NCBI GenBank assembly: GCA_964622365.1 | Contig: CAZUPM010000002.1 | Span: 1-41,897 of the forward strand | Direction: 5' to 3' | DNA from: an uncultured Candidatus Saccharibacteria bacterium | GTDB taxonomy: Bacteria; Patescibacteriota; Saccharimonadia; Saccharimonadales; UBA4665 | DNA length: 41,897 nucleotides | Shown: one piece after another, positions 41,847-41,897 of the stretch | How positions within the stretch are numbered: the stretch's first letter is position 1 | How the letters are laid out: each line of letters opens with the position of its first letter | Notes under the pieces: model-generated | Seen by the model: the letters and a program-made list of their open reading frames with translations, nothing else | Told to the model about the DNA's origin: nothing | Databases searched by the model: none | Made by a program: the position numbers and the translations under genes

Positions 41847-41897
41847 AGCCTTGCTGCCGGCTTAAAGCCTAACCAGGTGTAATTTAGATGCAGCCTG

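Noticed and set aside
1-41897. tRNA, rRNA, tmRNA or RNase P RNA genes in the intergenic gaps.
   Set aside because: None of the gaps above about 70 nt (1247-1414, 12308-12389, 15290-15539, 16905-17168, 19291-19534, 21602-21713, 22698-22843, 38919-39249) shows a cloverleaf-compatible arrangement or a GGTTCGA(A/T)TCC-type T-arm. The only such string, near 33716, lies inside a coding sequence.

Overview
This window appears to be the replication-origin neighbourhood of a compact, Gram-positive-like genome. From gene content alone I guess a Patescibacteria/CPR organism, possibly Saccharibacteria-like; I could not search to confirm this. All calls come from reading the ORF translations and the DNA by eye, and no searches, folds or statistics were run.

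Three blocks are visible:

(1) nt 1-13094. The 3' end of an unknown gene is followed by a truncated IS481-like transposase stub. Then comes a roughly 12 kb plus-strand operon encoding a minimal type IV secretion-like apparatus. Its genes are a basic soluble protein, a PrgI/VirB3-like protein, an ATPase-less paralog of the VirB4 N-domain, a full VirB4 ATPase, a 920-aa single-pass protein with a Cys-rich tip, an SGNH+lysozyme+CHAP wall hydrolase, a membrane-anchored Ig-like protein and a lipoprotein. No coupling protein or relaxase is visible.

(2) nt 13084-19290. This is the classical origin core: recF-dnaN-dnaA on the minus strand, two DnaA-box clusters, and rpmH-rnpA-yidC-jag on the plus strand. 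A Phd/PIN toxin-antitoxin pair follows at 19535-20182.

(3) nt 20193-41846. This is a mosaic cell-envelope glycan locus. It holds five GT4 glycosyltransferases and gmd, Wzm/Wzt ABC exporter genes, and a Gtr-like GT2 plus GtrA-fused membrane protein followed by a secreted six-repeat bulb-lectin protein. It also holds a SAM methyltransferase, manC, a HAD-type PMM candidate, galE, glmS and a priming sugar-phosphate transferase.

The most unusual sequence-level signals are:
- a recurring family of 7-nt-period tandem repeat arrays filling operon-internal spacers;
- several promoters whose -10 box lies 7-9 nt from the start codon, suggesting leaderless mRNAs;
- a perfect 19-nt palindrome abutting the prgI-like start;
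- a galE whose ATG is immediately followed by an in-frame TGA although the Rossmann N-terminus remains intact.

I found no rRNA, tRNA or CRISPR.
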